Shown here piece after piece: positions 10,445 to 20,838 of a stretch of DNA of 59,153 bases. This DNA comes from Candidatus Thorarchaeota archaeon (lineage in GTDB: Archaea > Asgardarchaeota > Thorarchaeia > Thorarchaeales > Thorarchaeaceae), in assembly GCA_029855935.1 (NCBI GenBank), contig JAGSHN010000009.1, positions 1 to 59,153 of the forward strand, in the 5' to 3' direction. The notes under the pieces are model-generated. The model did not search any database. It saw only the letters and a list, made by a program, of their open reading frames with translations, and was not told where the DNA came from. The position numbers and the translations under genes are program-made. The number at the start of each line of letters is the position of its first letter. Within the stretch, counting starts at the first letter, position 1.

Positions 10445-10858
10445 CTACGTGAGATCCTCATCGGTGAACGGTTCCTCGTCCTGTGCGCCGTGCTTGAAGA
10501 GGCTGGCCAACAGGATAGAGAGAAGTATTGTGACCGACAGGACACCTGCCACCATTGCGGAGACTGTGAGGACCTCAAGAATGGTCGTGGAGAAAAACCT
10601 CGGCAAGAGAAGGACCATCACCCCGACCTGAATGCCCATCTCCGAGGTATAGAACACAAATACCGCCCGTCCAGTATCGCCGAACAATAGCCTGCCCAGC
10701 TGTTTGAGCCGAGGCGAGGCAGTCGGATTCGCAGACACTCTGGCAAGTTGGATCATCAAGACCAGAACGAAACACGAGAGCAGTATCAGGTAGTACCCTA
10801 CGTTTGCACTCACTCCGCTCGCCGCCCCAGCGCTCTGATTGTGAGGACTCAACAACAA
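10445..10858 (-). CDS. Hypothetical membrane protein
   Basis: 137 aa with about three TM segments and an acidic tail. Confidence 0.5.
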   Translation of the reverse strand: MLLSPHNQSAGAASGVSANVGYYLILLSCFVLVLMIQLARVSANPTASPRLKQLGRLLFGDTGRAVFVFYTSEMGIQVGVMVLLLPRFFSTTILEVLTVSAMVAGVLSVTILLSILLASLFKHGAQDEEPFTDEDLT

Positions 10859-11395
10859 CAGGAACTATGCCGTATGGCTAGAAAAGTATTCCTGCGGATG
10901 TGGATTCATCAGAGGTCTGTCGGTCCGTGGTCAGTGGGAAGTCCACAGAGAGTATGGTCGGGGCCCCGAAACCTCTCAGCGGCATAAGTGTTGCCTGCTC
11001 AAGTGCAGGACGTATAGCCTGCTCGACCGAACGTACAATACTTCAGAGTTGACGGTAGGATACCGCTCTTCGCTGACCAACGAAATCAGATCCCACCGAC
11101 CTCCGGTAGATCGGGCCCAGATGACCACAGATCATACCAAACAACAGTGAGGGTATTGCAGCCCGGCCCAACATCAGACGCGGGCTCACGGTGGGCGAGT
11201 TTGAATCTGACTGAATGGGAGGTCAGAACGTGCAGTGTGGTACTACACCGCCGATTGCAATGTAGACTCGGTAGGACAGGATATGGGATCGTCACGGCAA
11301 GAACACGTACAGACGCTGCTATGTGCGTGCCAGAGAAGAGCTGGTGCCCTGCCAGAGCCTATGACCACGACTCTCACTCGCGTCGGGTTGTGTCT

Positions 11396-11809
11396 TCAAC
11401 CTGTTGCTCTCAGCACTTGGGAAACGAAGTCCTCTATGTCTGCGAGCCGCTCTCTCACCAGCTGAAGGACACGGACGTTGTCAATCTGAGAGTACCCGTG
11501 AACAAGAAGATTGCGAAATCTCGCCATCAACGCAAGCCGCGCCGCAAGATAACTCGACAAGATGCCATTCTCTCCCAGTGCAACAAAGAGATCGGCGTAG
11601 GTTTCACTGCGGGGGAGACCTCTGGCAGAAACAATGTGTGCGGCAATGTCGATACACGCCTCAATTGCCTCAAGCAGCGAGTACTTGACTGCCTGAATGT
11701 CCTTGTAGCTCTTCAGGAACTGATCCGTATCCACGCGCCAGTACTGGCGCAGGAACTGAAGATTCCTCTCAATCACATCAATCTTCGACTCTATGATCTC
11801 GCGTGACAT
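11396..11809 (-). CDS. hepT: HEPN/DUF86 ribonuclease toxin (HepT-like)
   Basis: RNLLVHGY = RX4HXY motif; CIDIAAHI; directly downstream of an MNT gene. Confidence 0.9.
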   Translation of the reverse strand: MSREIIESKIDVIERNLQFLRQYWRVDTDQFLKSYKDIQAVKYSLLEAIEACIDIAAHIVSARGLPRSETYADLFVALGENGILSSYLAARLALMARFRNLLVHGYSQIDNVRVLQLVRERLADIEDFVSQVLRATG

Positions 11810-12197
11810 ATCGCTGTCTCCTCATCTCATCGTACCTGTCAAAGTAGTACTTCATATCATAATACTCCATCATGACTCTGACCTCGAACTCCACCCGCCT
11901 GTTCTCATCCGACGAGTACAGCACCACTCCGGTCTTGATGACCTCAAACAGAAACCTAACGGGACGGCCATTGAGGACTCTGACGTCGAACTTCCCGCCA
12001 AGCCTCCTCTCAAGCTCGGCCGCCAATTCGGCCTCATAGAGCGCAGACGGCGAGAACTCCTCGTCAAGCAGCAGACCAATGTCGATATCGTCATACTGAG
12101 CCGACCCTACAGAGGAACCGTAGAGGTAGGCCACTACTATCTCTCTGCGTGTGGCAAGAATCTTCCCCGCCTCGGCTCTCACGTTGTCCGGCAACAT
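11778..12197 (-). CDS. mntA: Minimal nucleotidyltransferase antitoxin (MntA-like)
   Basis: YLYGS...DIDIG (GS-X8-DXD), DVRVLN, overlaps the HEPN gene. Confidence 0.88.
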   Translation of the reverse strand: MLPDNVRAEAGKILATRREIVVAYLYGSSVGSAQYDDIDIGLLLDEEFSPSALYEAELAAELERRLGGKFDVRVLNGRPVRFLFEVIKTGVVLYSSDENRRVEFEVRVMMEYYDMKYYFDRYDEMRRQRYVTRDHRVED

Positions 12198-12894
12198 TCA
12201 ATCACAACCTCTATCTCTCGTCTGACTCTTCGCCAGCTACTGTGTATCACGCGACAGGCGTCCCGCGCCTTGGAACGGCCTACGGCACTGTTTCCGAGCG
12301 CCATCCCGGGTCACTTCTTGTTGGCCTTGCTTAAAAGTCTAGATTGAGAATGCCCGGAAATTTCACGTTGCTCGCCGGCCAAGATTCGAGAACGACCGTC
12401 CAAAAGAACGCGACGGTGCCTAACGCAAGACTGTCCGGGACCGTAGAGAGAATCGCGTTCGAAGCAGATGGTCAATCGCCGCAATTGTGAAACGACCGGA
12501 ACAGTAGAGGGGATGCCCTGAGGACCGCTGATTACCCAGAAGGGGAGTGACGGCATACCACGTACGACTACTGACAGAGCGAGCCTGTGATTCTCTACAC
12601 ACGAATGGAGCATTTCTGGACTGTAGCCGGAGTGCCATTTCTGAGAACAGCCATCGTCGGGGAGTGTCGCGCTGAAGAGGACGTGTCATTCTCTACCAGA
12701 GACGCATTCTCGGACTATTATGCTCTTGAGGACAGAGAGGCCCTATCCGGTAGGACCGTTCAACTCAGCCTCGTCGGCTCTGGGCAGGTGATTGGACCGC
12801 GCATAATCGCGCGCGGTCTGAAAGATTCATAATGATGTTTCCTCTAACACCGAAGCAGGCCCTGCCACGTAGGAGGTCCACGGGGTCTGGAGAG

Positions 12895-14502
12895 ATGGAG
12901 ATGAGTGACCGTTCTGATGACGATTCGTACGACATTGAGATGTACTTCGAAGTGCTCAGAGAGGATCCGCCTTTCAAGAGATATGTGTCGCGCGGAGACA
13001 CGCCGGACGTTGTCGATATCCCTGATCCACACAGCGAGGCAGACAGTGCCATCTACCGGGCGATTCGGATGGTACGTTCTGATAGAGCTCCTAGGTTCCA
13101 GCCCGTTCTGGGCAATGCGGGAATGGGCAAGACCCACCTCTACTGGGTCCTGAAGGACCGTGAGGCGGACTCCCCGGCCGGGCCGTACAGGGCTGTCTAT
13201 GTTCCCTCACCACCGTCGCCAGTCCGCGTGCCACTACACTTCTATGCGTGCCTCGTCGACGAGCTAGGCGACCTTCTGTTTGGAGGGATGGCCGACGTTC
13301 TGCTCGATGAGTACGGTGAACTGCAGGGCCTGATCCGCAAGAGATTCAGGCTTGAGGACATAATGAGAAGGGCGGCTGCCCGGTACCCGGGAGTTGCTGC
13401 AGATGCGGTGAAGGTACTGGTGCAGTATCGTCTGGCTGAGTCCAAGAAGAATCTTGCGCGGCGCTGGCTTCTGGGCGAGGCACTCAGTCCTGAAGAGCTT
13501 GCGGAGCTGGACGTTCGGACATATCTCGAGGATGACGACATCACGATGGCCACCTTCAGGCTGTTGCTTGAGGGTAGCGACAGACCCATTGTTCTCTTCA
13601 TCGACGAGATGGAGGGCCCCTACAACACGCACGGCGAGGAGGGCGAGCGCCAGTTTCTCGAGGTGATAAAGCGTGTGTACAACGAGTGCACCAATGTCTG
13701 CATTGTCGCGTCTTGCCTGTCCGAGATCTGGGACCGCATCTATTCCATTGCTGATGGCCCTCTACGCTCCAGGATGGAGGTCCCGATTGCCCTCCAGCCA
13801 TTCAGCCGGGAACACGTGGCGAGATTCGTCAGAGAGACGATGGAGCTCTACTGGGACGACAAGAACCTCGAGGTCCCACCGAATCCGTACTTCCCCCTCA
13901 CGGAGAAGGACCTTGACGCGATATTTGACAGGTCAAGGGGTGTTCCCCGAGAGGCAATTCGTCAGCTGATTGCGCGGATGGACGAGATCCTGTTCGGTCG
14001 AAAGGTCACGGAGGTCAAGACGACTGACTATGTTGTCAAGCTAACCCCGAGCGTTGTCATTGGCTCCATCGTCAGGGCCATCCAGTTGCGGGCCGAGAGC
14101 AACGGGCTGAAGATACAGCTGCAGGCCGTCACGGGGAGAACCAAGCGCGAGTCCACTGCAATGATGGAGATCACAGACGGCGTGTCGAGTCGGACCTTCG
14201 CGGTGGAGGTGCCAAACGTCAAGAACTGGAACCGCAGCGCCGGTGTGGCCGCGTACTATTCCGCAAGGCGACTGAAGAGGGCCATAGAGGCGGGAATGAT
14301 AGACATGGCGGTCATTGCGATTCCAGAGGGTACGAGCGGGGCCAAGTTCGAGGCGATGAAACAGGAGCTGGGCGACAGGCTGATAGAGCTCGTCCTCGAC
14401 TACGAGTCCGCAGCACAGCTGGCGGAATCAACGAACGAGGACAGGGTCCCGACCGAGCAGATACAGATGTTTGACGACCTCGTTGCTCGGTTGAAGCCCT
14501 GA
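12895..14502 (+). CDS. AAA+/P-loop ATPase with C-terminal alpha/beta domain
   Basis: Walker A GNAGMGKT, Walker B IVLFIDEME, arginine-finger-like LRSRM, GVPREAI helix. Start could be 12832, 12895 or 12901. Confidence 0.85.
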   Translation: MEMSDRSDDDSYDIEMYFEVLREDPPFKRYVSRGDTPDVVDIPDPHSEADSAIYRAIRMVRSDRAPRFQPVLGNAGMGKTHLYWVLKDREADSPAGPYRAVYVPSPPSPVRVPLHFYACLVDELGDLLFGGMADVLLDEYGELQGLIRKRFRLEDIMRRAAARYPGVAADAVKVLVQYRLAESKKNLARRWLLGEALSPEELAELDVRTYLEDDDITMATFRLLLEGSDRPIVLFIDEMEGPYNTHGEEGERQFLEVIKRVYNECTNVCIVASCLSEIWDRIYSIADGPLRSRMEVPIALQPFSREHVARFVRETMELYWDDKNLEVPPNPYFPLTEKDLDAIFDRSRGVPREAIRQLIARMDEILFGRKVTEVKTTDYVVKLTPSVVIGSIVRAIQLRAESNGLKIQLQAVTGRTKRESTAMMEITDGVSSRTFAVEVPNVKNWNRSAGVAAYYSARRLKRAIEAGMIDMAVIAIPEGTSGAKFEAMKQELGDRLIELVLDYESAAQLAESTNEDRVPTEQIQMFDDLVARLKP

Positions 14503-14725
14503 GTATGTCTGCCCCTTGGTCGTCGTACCCCCGCGAGTACAATGGCACAGTGCCTCAGCGTAGGTCAGCGGCGGTGATACTTGGTGCAACGCAAATGGTC
14601 CTGACGAATCGCGACGCGTTGCAGAAGGTCGCACTGGGATTCCTACGGGCGCTGCTGGCGTAATGGAACTAGTTGGGCAAGAGATGCATCGACACGTCGG
14701 AGCGTCGCAACCAAGGAGATACCTC

Positions 14726-15235
14726 TCAGTCCTGAGGCGGAGTGAACTCGACCCTCTGAAGCATCGGAATGTCCACGCGCTCTCCGGGCCTTGGCAGAGA
14801 GCATCCGTAGACGCGGTCCAGCTGAACGTACGCCGTTGGCCTGTCAATCTCGTGGAATGTCCCCTTCACATGGAGGAGTTGCGGCTCAAAAGTCACCACC
14901 GTCGGCAGCTCGTGGTCCCAGAAGTCTTCCGGTGGACTCACCTTCACGGCCATTGCTTTGAAGGTCCCGTCGATGGGTGGCAGAAACTGGTATATCGCCG
15001 GCTCGTTCGACCAGTCGTGGAACGAGTACAGCTCATCCCACTTGGTCCCGGTTGTGAAGGCATACGGTTCGTTGGTCTCGCTACGCCTGTGGAGGGAGTA
15101 GAACTGTTCCCTAGGATTCCACCCCCGCTTGGACAGACGCTCCGATGGGGACCAGATCTTCGCAGTCAAAGCGTGGGACTCTTCAACGACCATATGTTGA
15201 CTGACTCCAGCAGACAGATTGCTACAGTAGAACAT
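14726..15235 (-). CDS. Hypothetical protein
   Basis: 169 aa with globular composition; preferred over the antisense 286-aa ORF. Confidence 0.5.
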   Translation of the reverse strand: MFYCSNLSAGVSQHMVVEESHALTAKIWSPSERLSKRGWNPREQFYSLHRRSETNEPYAFTTGTKWDELYSFHDWSNEPAIYQFLPPIDGTFKAMAVKVSPPEDFWDHELPTVVTFEPQLLHVKGTFHEIDRPTAYVQLDRVYGCSLPRPGERVDIPMLQRVEFTPPQD

Positions 15236-15426
15236 AGGTCTAGTGCATTCGCCACTCCCTACCGTGTTGAGCCAGTCGCTACATCCTCAGCATATGGCGG
15301 AGTCGGGACCACAACTGACAGCAGTGCCAGTCAGGGGCCAGGCCACCTCTCAAAGCCAGGGACCCACTGTGCGCGAGGGGCAATGGAATCTCTCGTTCCG
15401 ACCTCGCTCGCCTGCCTCCACCGTGC

Positions 15427-15684
15427 TCAGAGGAGGTCCTTCACGTGCTTCTCCCACTTGGGCTCAAGCTCAAGGACCTTTCTGGCGGCCTCGCGTGCCT
15501 TCTCCGTCTGGCCGAGCTTGTGATGGACCCGAGCCTTGTAGTACCAGGCTTTTGCAAATCCGGGATCCATCTCAATAGCCGCCTCGTAGGCCTTTATCGC
15601 CTCTTCCAAGTTGCCCTGCTGCTCGTGCACACGACCCACATTGAACCAGTCGTACTGTGTTCTATCTTCAATCTCTGCAGACAT
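15427..15684 (-). CDS. Small TPR protein (two repeats)
   Basis: WFNVGRVHEQQGNLEEAIKAYEAAIEMDP and AWYYKARVHHKLGQTEKAREAARKVLELEP. Confidence 0.9.
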   Translation of the reverse strand: MSAEIEDRTQYDWFNVGRVHEQQGNLEEAIKAYEAAIEMDPGFAKAWYYKARVHHKLGQTEKAREAARKVLELEPKWEKHVKDLL

Positions 15685-16131
15685 CTCTCTCTTCCCCGGG
15701 GGCAACAGATGTTCGTACTATGCCACATCCGCTGCTCGTTCTAATAAATGGCCCGTATGCGATAGTGAGCGGCCTGTGCGACAGAACGGGGGACCAATCC
15801 TGTCTATACGGTTGTGGGAAACGATGACAACGGACATGTTGAAGCCGATATGAGAGCGGAGAAGCACTACGGTTCGTATTCTTGCTGTTCCACAAGACGG
15901 TGAGCGTCGAGGAAAAGAAAGTACTCCCTTTGGAAGGACGCTAGAGAGTGGGGGAAATCCTGGCACTCTCTAGCAGGAGCCTCTTGGCAAGTAGGCTCGG
16001 TCGAGTCAGGCGAATCATCAACATCATACTTGCTCTGTGGAGCATACGCACATCGTCCCTGACGGTGCTCCAGCTTGGTAGGAAATGTTCCCAGAAGATA
16101 TTAATAACAGGGCAACACGCCGAATTTCTGG

Positions 16132-18492
16132 ATGTGGCCCTTTTTGATTGCGGGGTGGAAATACTATCGTCTTCTAGGCTGCGCTGTGTCTACGCTTCTC
16201 GTGATTCTCTTTCTGGCAGATGTTGTTGTTGGCGGCCCTGCCAGTGCTCCCGTTTCGGCAAATAGCCGGTCCCGCACGCCCGGTGGTCCCACCAGTGAGG
16301 ACTTCGTCCGGTCTGTGCCGTACATGGTGTCGGCCTACACTTCTCACGGTTCGATCAACATCACCTCCAATGCGGACTTTGTGTCGCAGGGGTGGCCGGG
16401 GAGTGGGACTGAGGCTGACCCCTATATGATGCGGGGGCTGAACATAACCACCAGCGGACACTGTATCTCTATCTCAGACACAACGGTCTATTTTGTGATA
16501 TGTGACTGCCTCCTCACAGGAGGCTCGCAAGGACACGGAGTGCGTCTGAACAATGTGACCTATGGAATGGTAGAGGGATGTCTGATCTCTGGGAAACAGT
16601 ACGGTGTGAATATGGTCTCCTCCTTGAACAACACGCTGGCGAACAACACCATCTCGCACAATAGTGATGGTGGCGTGTACATGGGATCCTCGAACTACAA
16701 CCGTCTGCTGAATAACATAGTTTCGTACAATAATGGTGATGATGGTGTGTATATGGACTCCTCGAACTACAACAGTCTGGTGAACAACACTGTTTCAAGC
16801 AATCATTGGAGAGGCGTGTCTATGTCCCACGACTCGAACTACAACAGTCTGGTCAACAACACCATATTGGACAATGATGGTCCTTGTGTGTTGGTCAAGT
16901 ACTCCTCAAGCTACAACAGTCTGGTCAACAACACCATCTCACACGGTGGTAATGATGGAGTGTCTATGTCCTACGACTCGACCTACAACACTCTGGTTGA
17001 CAATACAATCTCAAACAATTATCGGATTGGTGTGGACATATACTGCTCGGGGAACATTCTCGTGAACAACGTGATTACGTATAACGGTGATGATGGTGTG
17101 CAAACGTCCTCGAACAACATTCTGGTGAGCAACACTATCTCGTACAACGGTGATTGTGGTGTGAGCACGTACTCCTCCTCACTGAACAACACTCTGGTGA
17201 ACAACACAATCTCAAGCAATCATAATGATGGTGTATACACATACTCCTCCTCGAACAACACTCTGGTGAACAACACGATCTTGTACAATGGTGATGATGG
17301 TGTGGTGGTGCACTATTGCTCAGACTCCAACAGTCTGGTGAATAACATAGTCTCGTACAACGGTGACAATGGTGTGCAAATCTCGTCCGCCTCGAACTAC
17401 AACAGTCTGGTGAGCAACACCATATCAGACAATGATGGTATTGGCGTGTACATGTACTCCTCCTCGGACTCTAACAGTCTGATGAACAACATGATCTTAA
17501 ACAACTCTGGGCATGGTACGTATGTCGACTCCTCCTCGAACAACTGGATCTATCTTAACATTCTTGCTTGGAATGGCAACAATTCGTGTGATAACGGGTC
17601 AGACAACCACTGGAATACGACAGGAATGGGGAATTACTGGTCAGACTACAATGGCACGGGTGTCTACAGTATCCCCGGTTCTGCGGGTTCAGTGGACTAT
17701 CATCCAAGGATATGGCCGGTGAATGACACGACTCCGCCAACAGTCGACCATCCGGTTGACCTCGAGTACGTGGAGGGGGCCATTGGGAATGCTGTCACGT
17801 GGAGTCTTTCTGATGCGAATCCTTTCAGCTACGTAGTGTATCGCAACGGCACACCAGTGGAGTATGGAGGCTGGACGAATGGCTCTATCGCAATCGATGT
17901 CGATGGGCTAGGTGCAGGCACCTATAACATCACACTGGTGGTCTACGATGCCTCGGACAACTGGGCCAGCGACACAGTGTTTGTGACAGTCGTTGACTCC
18001 ACCGCTCCAACCATCGACCATCCGTCGGACATCGAGTACGTCGAGGGAACCACCGGGCACTCGATCACGTGGGCTCCAAGTGATGCACACCCTGCGAGCT
18101 ACGAGGTCTATCGGAACGGTACTCTTGTCGAGTCAGGGAGCTGGACAGGTGGAACAGTCACTGTCAATGTTGATGGGTTGACTGTGGGAGTGTACAACTT
18201 CACGCTGGTGGTGTATGATGCCTCAGGCAACTGGGCGGGTGACACTGTGCTTGTCGCGGTGGTGCCACAGAGTACCACAACGACGACCACCACGACTACA
18301 ACTACCACCACAACGACAACAACGCCGACCACCACTACTGCAGGCACGACCACCGAGACCACCAGCGAGACCTCCACCACGACACCGGGAGGTCTCGCAG
18401 GAGCAACGGCGATGATGATCCTAGTAGCTGGCGGCGCGGCCGTGGGTGTTGTGGTTGTTCTCTTGGTCGTCAGTGCCAGACGACGCCGTTGA
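16132..18492 (+). CDS. Right-handed beta-helix (NosD/PbH1) surface protein with two Ig-like stalk domains, poly-Thr and TM anchor
   Basis: GWPGSGTEADPY N-cap, about 13 SxxNxLVNNTIxxN..G rungs, GNYWSDY C-cap, TM-RRRR. Confidence 0.9.
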   Translation: MWPFLIAGWKYYRLLGCAVSTLLVILFLADVVVGGPASAPVSANSRSRTPGGPTSEDFVRSVPYMVSAYTSHGSINITSNADFVSQGWPGSGTEADPYMMRGLNITTSGHCISISDTTVYFVICDCLLTGGSQGHGVRLNNVTYGMVEGCLISGKQYGVNMVSSLNNTLANNTISHNSDGGVYMGSSNYNRLLNNIVSYNNGDDGVYMDSSNYNSLVNNTVSSNHWRGVSMSHDSNYNSLVNNTILDNDGPCVLVKYSSSYNSLVNNTISHGGNDGVSMSYDSTYNTLVDNTISNNYRIGVDIYCSGNILVNNVITYNGDDGVQTSSNNILVSNTISYNGDCGVSTYSSSLNNTLVNNTISSNHNDGVYTYSSSNNTLVNNTILYNGDDGVVVHYCSDSNSLVNNIVSYNGDNGVQISSASNYNSLVSNTISDNDGIGVYMYSSSDSNSLMNNMILNNSGHGTYVDSSSNNWIYLNILAWNGNNSCDNGSDNHWNTTGMGNYWSDYNGTGVYSIPGSAGSVDYHPRIWPVNDTTPPTVDHPVDLEYVEGAIGNAVTWSLSDANPFSYVVYRNGTPVEYGGWTNGSIAIDVDGLGAGTYNITLVVYDASDNWASDTVFVTVVDSTAPTIDHPSDIEYVEGTTGHSITWAPSDAHPASYEVYRNGTLVESGSWTGGTVTVNVDGLTVGVYNFTLVVYDASGNWAGDTVLVAVVPQSTTTTTTTTTTTTTTTTTPTTTTAGTTTETTSETSTTTPGGLAGATAMMILVAGGAAVGVVVVLLVVSARRRR
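16615..17545 (+). repeat. Intragenic tandem repeats of about 60-72 nt (beta-helix rungs)
   Basis: Recurrent AACTACAACAGTCTGGT(G/C)AACAACAC and AACAACACTCTGGTGAACAACAC units. Confidence 0.85.
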
Positions 18493-18647
18493 CCCGCTCC
18501 AGCAAGAAACGCCTGGATGGAGAGGGATTCGTCCTCGACGGGCCCTCTTCTGTCCCACATTTCCGGCTGCAGGCGAGTGCTGATTGAAACAGCTTCAGCC
18601 CTACACCCTGAGTCCGGATAACCGGATGCCATTGGGAGCCTAACAAT

Positions 18648-19601
18648 CTACTTCAGTTTTGTTTCTTCGAATGTAAAGTGGATTGAATGGGATTTGACAT
18701 CGATCAAATCACGGGCCATCTCAAGGGCATACTCCAGACGCTCGTTTCGTTCTGCGCATATTGTAAGACCTCTGACACCCTGCGTATTTCGACAGGGATT
18801 GGTCTTCATCCAGCCCATGTACCACAAAGTCTGGCGGACAGCTCTCTGAATTCCATAGTCGCGTTTCAGTTCTATGATATAGAAGCTGTCGTCACGCAGA
18901 CATCTAGCCAGAATATCAACCCGACCGACTATCCTTTCGCTACCATTCGTCACAGGATACTGCTTTCCCTGGACCCCATCTTCATCAACAAAGATCTCGT
19001 AGTCCAGACCGAAGATCCTGTCGAAATTGGTAACAATGAAGTCCTCCAGATGGCTCTCAAACATGAATGACTCTCCACCCTCCTCGGGTAGTTCCAGCTC
19101 CGGCGGCGGGGTGTTCTCTACTCTCGCGTAGTAGTATTCGTCATCGAATGGTCCGGCCAACGTATGCATGGAAAACGCAATCCAGTCGAATTCAACATAG
19201 TTCTCCTCCCACTCGACATCGATGAAATTGGGGTAGTAGTAGTCATCGTAACTGCCAACCCGAGCTATGCCCTTCTCTTTGTCATAGTACGCGGTCCTAG
19301 TGACAGTCCCCACCGCCAGCATGACCTTTCGACCGCGCCTTGCGATGATCTTGTCCCCCACCTCTATCTCGTGGAAGAACTTCCAGAGAGCGCTGAAGTC
19401 GATGGACCGGCCTCTATCAGACTTGTCGGGATATGTTTCTTTGATCTTCTGCCTGAGTTCATCAGCACTCAGCCCTGATACGTCACCAAGCCTAAGCCAA
19501 CCGATTGCAATGATACCGTGTTCCAGGTCATATTTCCAAGCGTGTTCAAAGGCCTTGGTCTTTGTCGAGTCGTAGGGCGCAATGACCCAATACTTGGTCA
19601 A
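18648..19601 (-). CDS. Putative restriction nuclease: McrB/Mrr-type N-terminal domain fused to NucS/DUF91-like PD-(D/E)XK domain
   Basis: N-term YW......IAIGW..LGD...LW.F..EI..GD.II...G.V; C-term ESHLEDFI...QY...GRVDILA...IIELK...Q...YMGW. Confidence 0.75.
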   Translation of the reverse strand: MTKYWVIAPYDSTKTKAFEHAWKYDLEHGIIAIGWLRLGDVSGLSADELRQKIKETYPDKSDRGRSIDFSALWKFFHEIEVGDKIIARRGRKVMLAVGTVTRTAYYDKEKGIARVGSYDDYYYPNFIDVEWEENYVEFDWIAFSMHTLAGPFDDEYYYARVENTPPPELELPEEGGESFMFESHLEDFIVTNFDRIFGLDYEIFVDEDGVQGKQYPVTNGSERIVGRVDILARCLRDDSFYIIELKRDYGIQRAVRQTLWYMGWMKTNPCRNTQGVRGLTICAERNERLEYALEMARDLIDVKSHSIHFTFEETKLK

Positions 19602-20152
19602 CGAAACATCCTCCGTAACGGGTTGACGGTCATACCAATCCCCCCCATATTATGTATTTGTGTTGCAGAATGGGGCTCTTCACGGAAACGCCCCGTTTGA
19701 TACGCTCTAGGAAGTTCAAAGCGAGCATATGATTGTCGTCAGCATCCGTGGCTTAATTCCGTACAGCTGCTCCTCAAGAATGCTTGGACTATTTCTGTCC
19801 CGGGTAGTCAAGTATGGCTTATGTGATGAACTCCAGTTGCCGGAGGTATCTGGAGTCTTTCGACTTCTGTGCTGGGAGGGATAGCAGGACTTTCTTGGCG
19901 CAGCCGCAATCAGCTGGTGAGGTCACTTCTTGTCACAACAGGGGGCGACCAGTATTCTTTACAGACTGGTTCAGGCTGGCAGCGATAATGATGCCCGGAC
20001 TGCCAGTTGGTGTGACGGGCTAGATTGATGATCGTATCAACAGGCGTCCCAACCGGCAAAGAACTCAATCCCATTGATACGAGATTGAAACGCATGGTGA
20101 AGTCGGAATATCTTTTAACTGAAAAGGTACAAGACCTAGTTGAGGCACAGAG

Positions 20153-20374
20153 ATGGAGAAATTGCGTCTGCCCATAATCATCGAAGTCGATGAGGACGGG
20201 TACTATATAGTAAGTTGCCCACTTTTTCGGGGCTGCCACTCCTATGGTGAAACAATTGATGAGGCAATGGAAAACATAAGAGAAGTCATAGAAATGTGCC
20301 TTGAAGAAACAAGGGTCGAAGAGCTCAACAGGTTCGTGGGATTCAGAGAACTGGAAGTTTCACAGGATGCCTAA
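20153..20374 (+). CDS. hicB: HicB-family antitoxin (short form)
   Basis: IIIEVDEDGYYIVSCPLFRGCHSYGETIDEAMENIREVIEMCLE. Confidence 0.92.
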   Translation: MEKLRLPIIIEVDEDGYYIVSCPLFRGCHSYGETIDEAMENIREVIEMCLEETRVEELNRFVGFRELEVSQDA

Positions 20375-20621
20375 GCTTCCCGCAGTCGATGGTAAGGAAC
20401 TGCTAAAGTTCTTGGAATATTTGGGTTTCAGACCTATCAGGAAAAAGGGATCTCACGTTCGACTGAGGGCAAATGACGGGCGTGTGACCACTGTCCCCAT
20501 TCACGGGACCAAGACCATTCCAAAAGGGCTTCTGCGCAAGATAGTGAGGGAAGACCTAGAACTGAGTCTGGAGGAGTTTCTGGAGCAATACTCGAGATAC
20601 AAGGGAAAGAAGAAAAGCTGA
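20367..20621 (+). CDS. hicA: HicA-family mRNA interferase toxin
   Basis: MPKLP...LGF...RKKGSHVRL...TTVPIH...KGLLRKI; ATG overlaps the end of hicB. Confidence 0.92.
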   Translation: MPKLPAVDGKELLKFLEYLGFRPIRKKGSHVRLRANDGRVTTVPIHGTKTIPKGLLRKIVREDLELSLEEFLEQYSRYKGKKKS

Positions 20622-20838
20622 CTAATTATCGGTCAAAAGGTTTCAAAGTTGCCCAGACAGCTTACCTCGCTCTGTTGGATCATCGTGACGCAGGACGGCC
20701 TCTAGTGCGGGGAAACAGCAAAGCATTTGCCAGTCGAGTGCTCTTCCGTCCAACAGATTGCGTGTAGGCTGCAGGCTGCTGCCCGTGGCCCTGAGCGGAG
20801 GATTAATCCTGCAGAGCGACTCCGTGGGTGTGATGACA

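Noticed and set aside
14663-15523. 286-aa plus-strand ORF and other long antisense ORFs (21425..22267, 32841..33785, 44010..44924, 56298..57047)
   Set aside because: Shadow ORFs opposite better-supported genes in GC-rich DNA.
16615-17545. CRISPR-like repeat-spacer pattern
   Set aside because: The repeats are in-frame, degenerate and inside a CDS; no cas genes.
18274-18340. Poly-Thr tract as a slippage microsatellite
   Set aside because: All four Thr codons are interleaved, which indicates a protein-level stalk and not a pure DNA repeat.
18638-18644. Integron attC core (GTTAGGC on the minus strand) after the nuclease gene
   Set aside because: No matching inverse core at a suitable distance, no similar sites at other genes, and no integrase.
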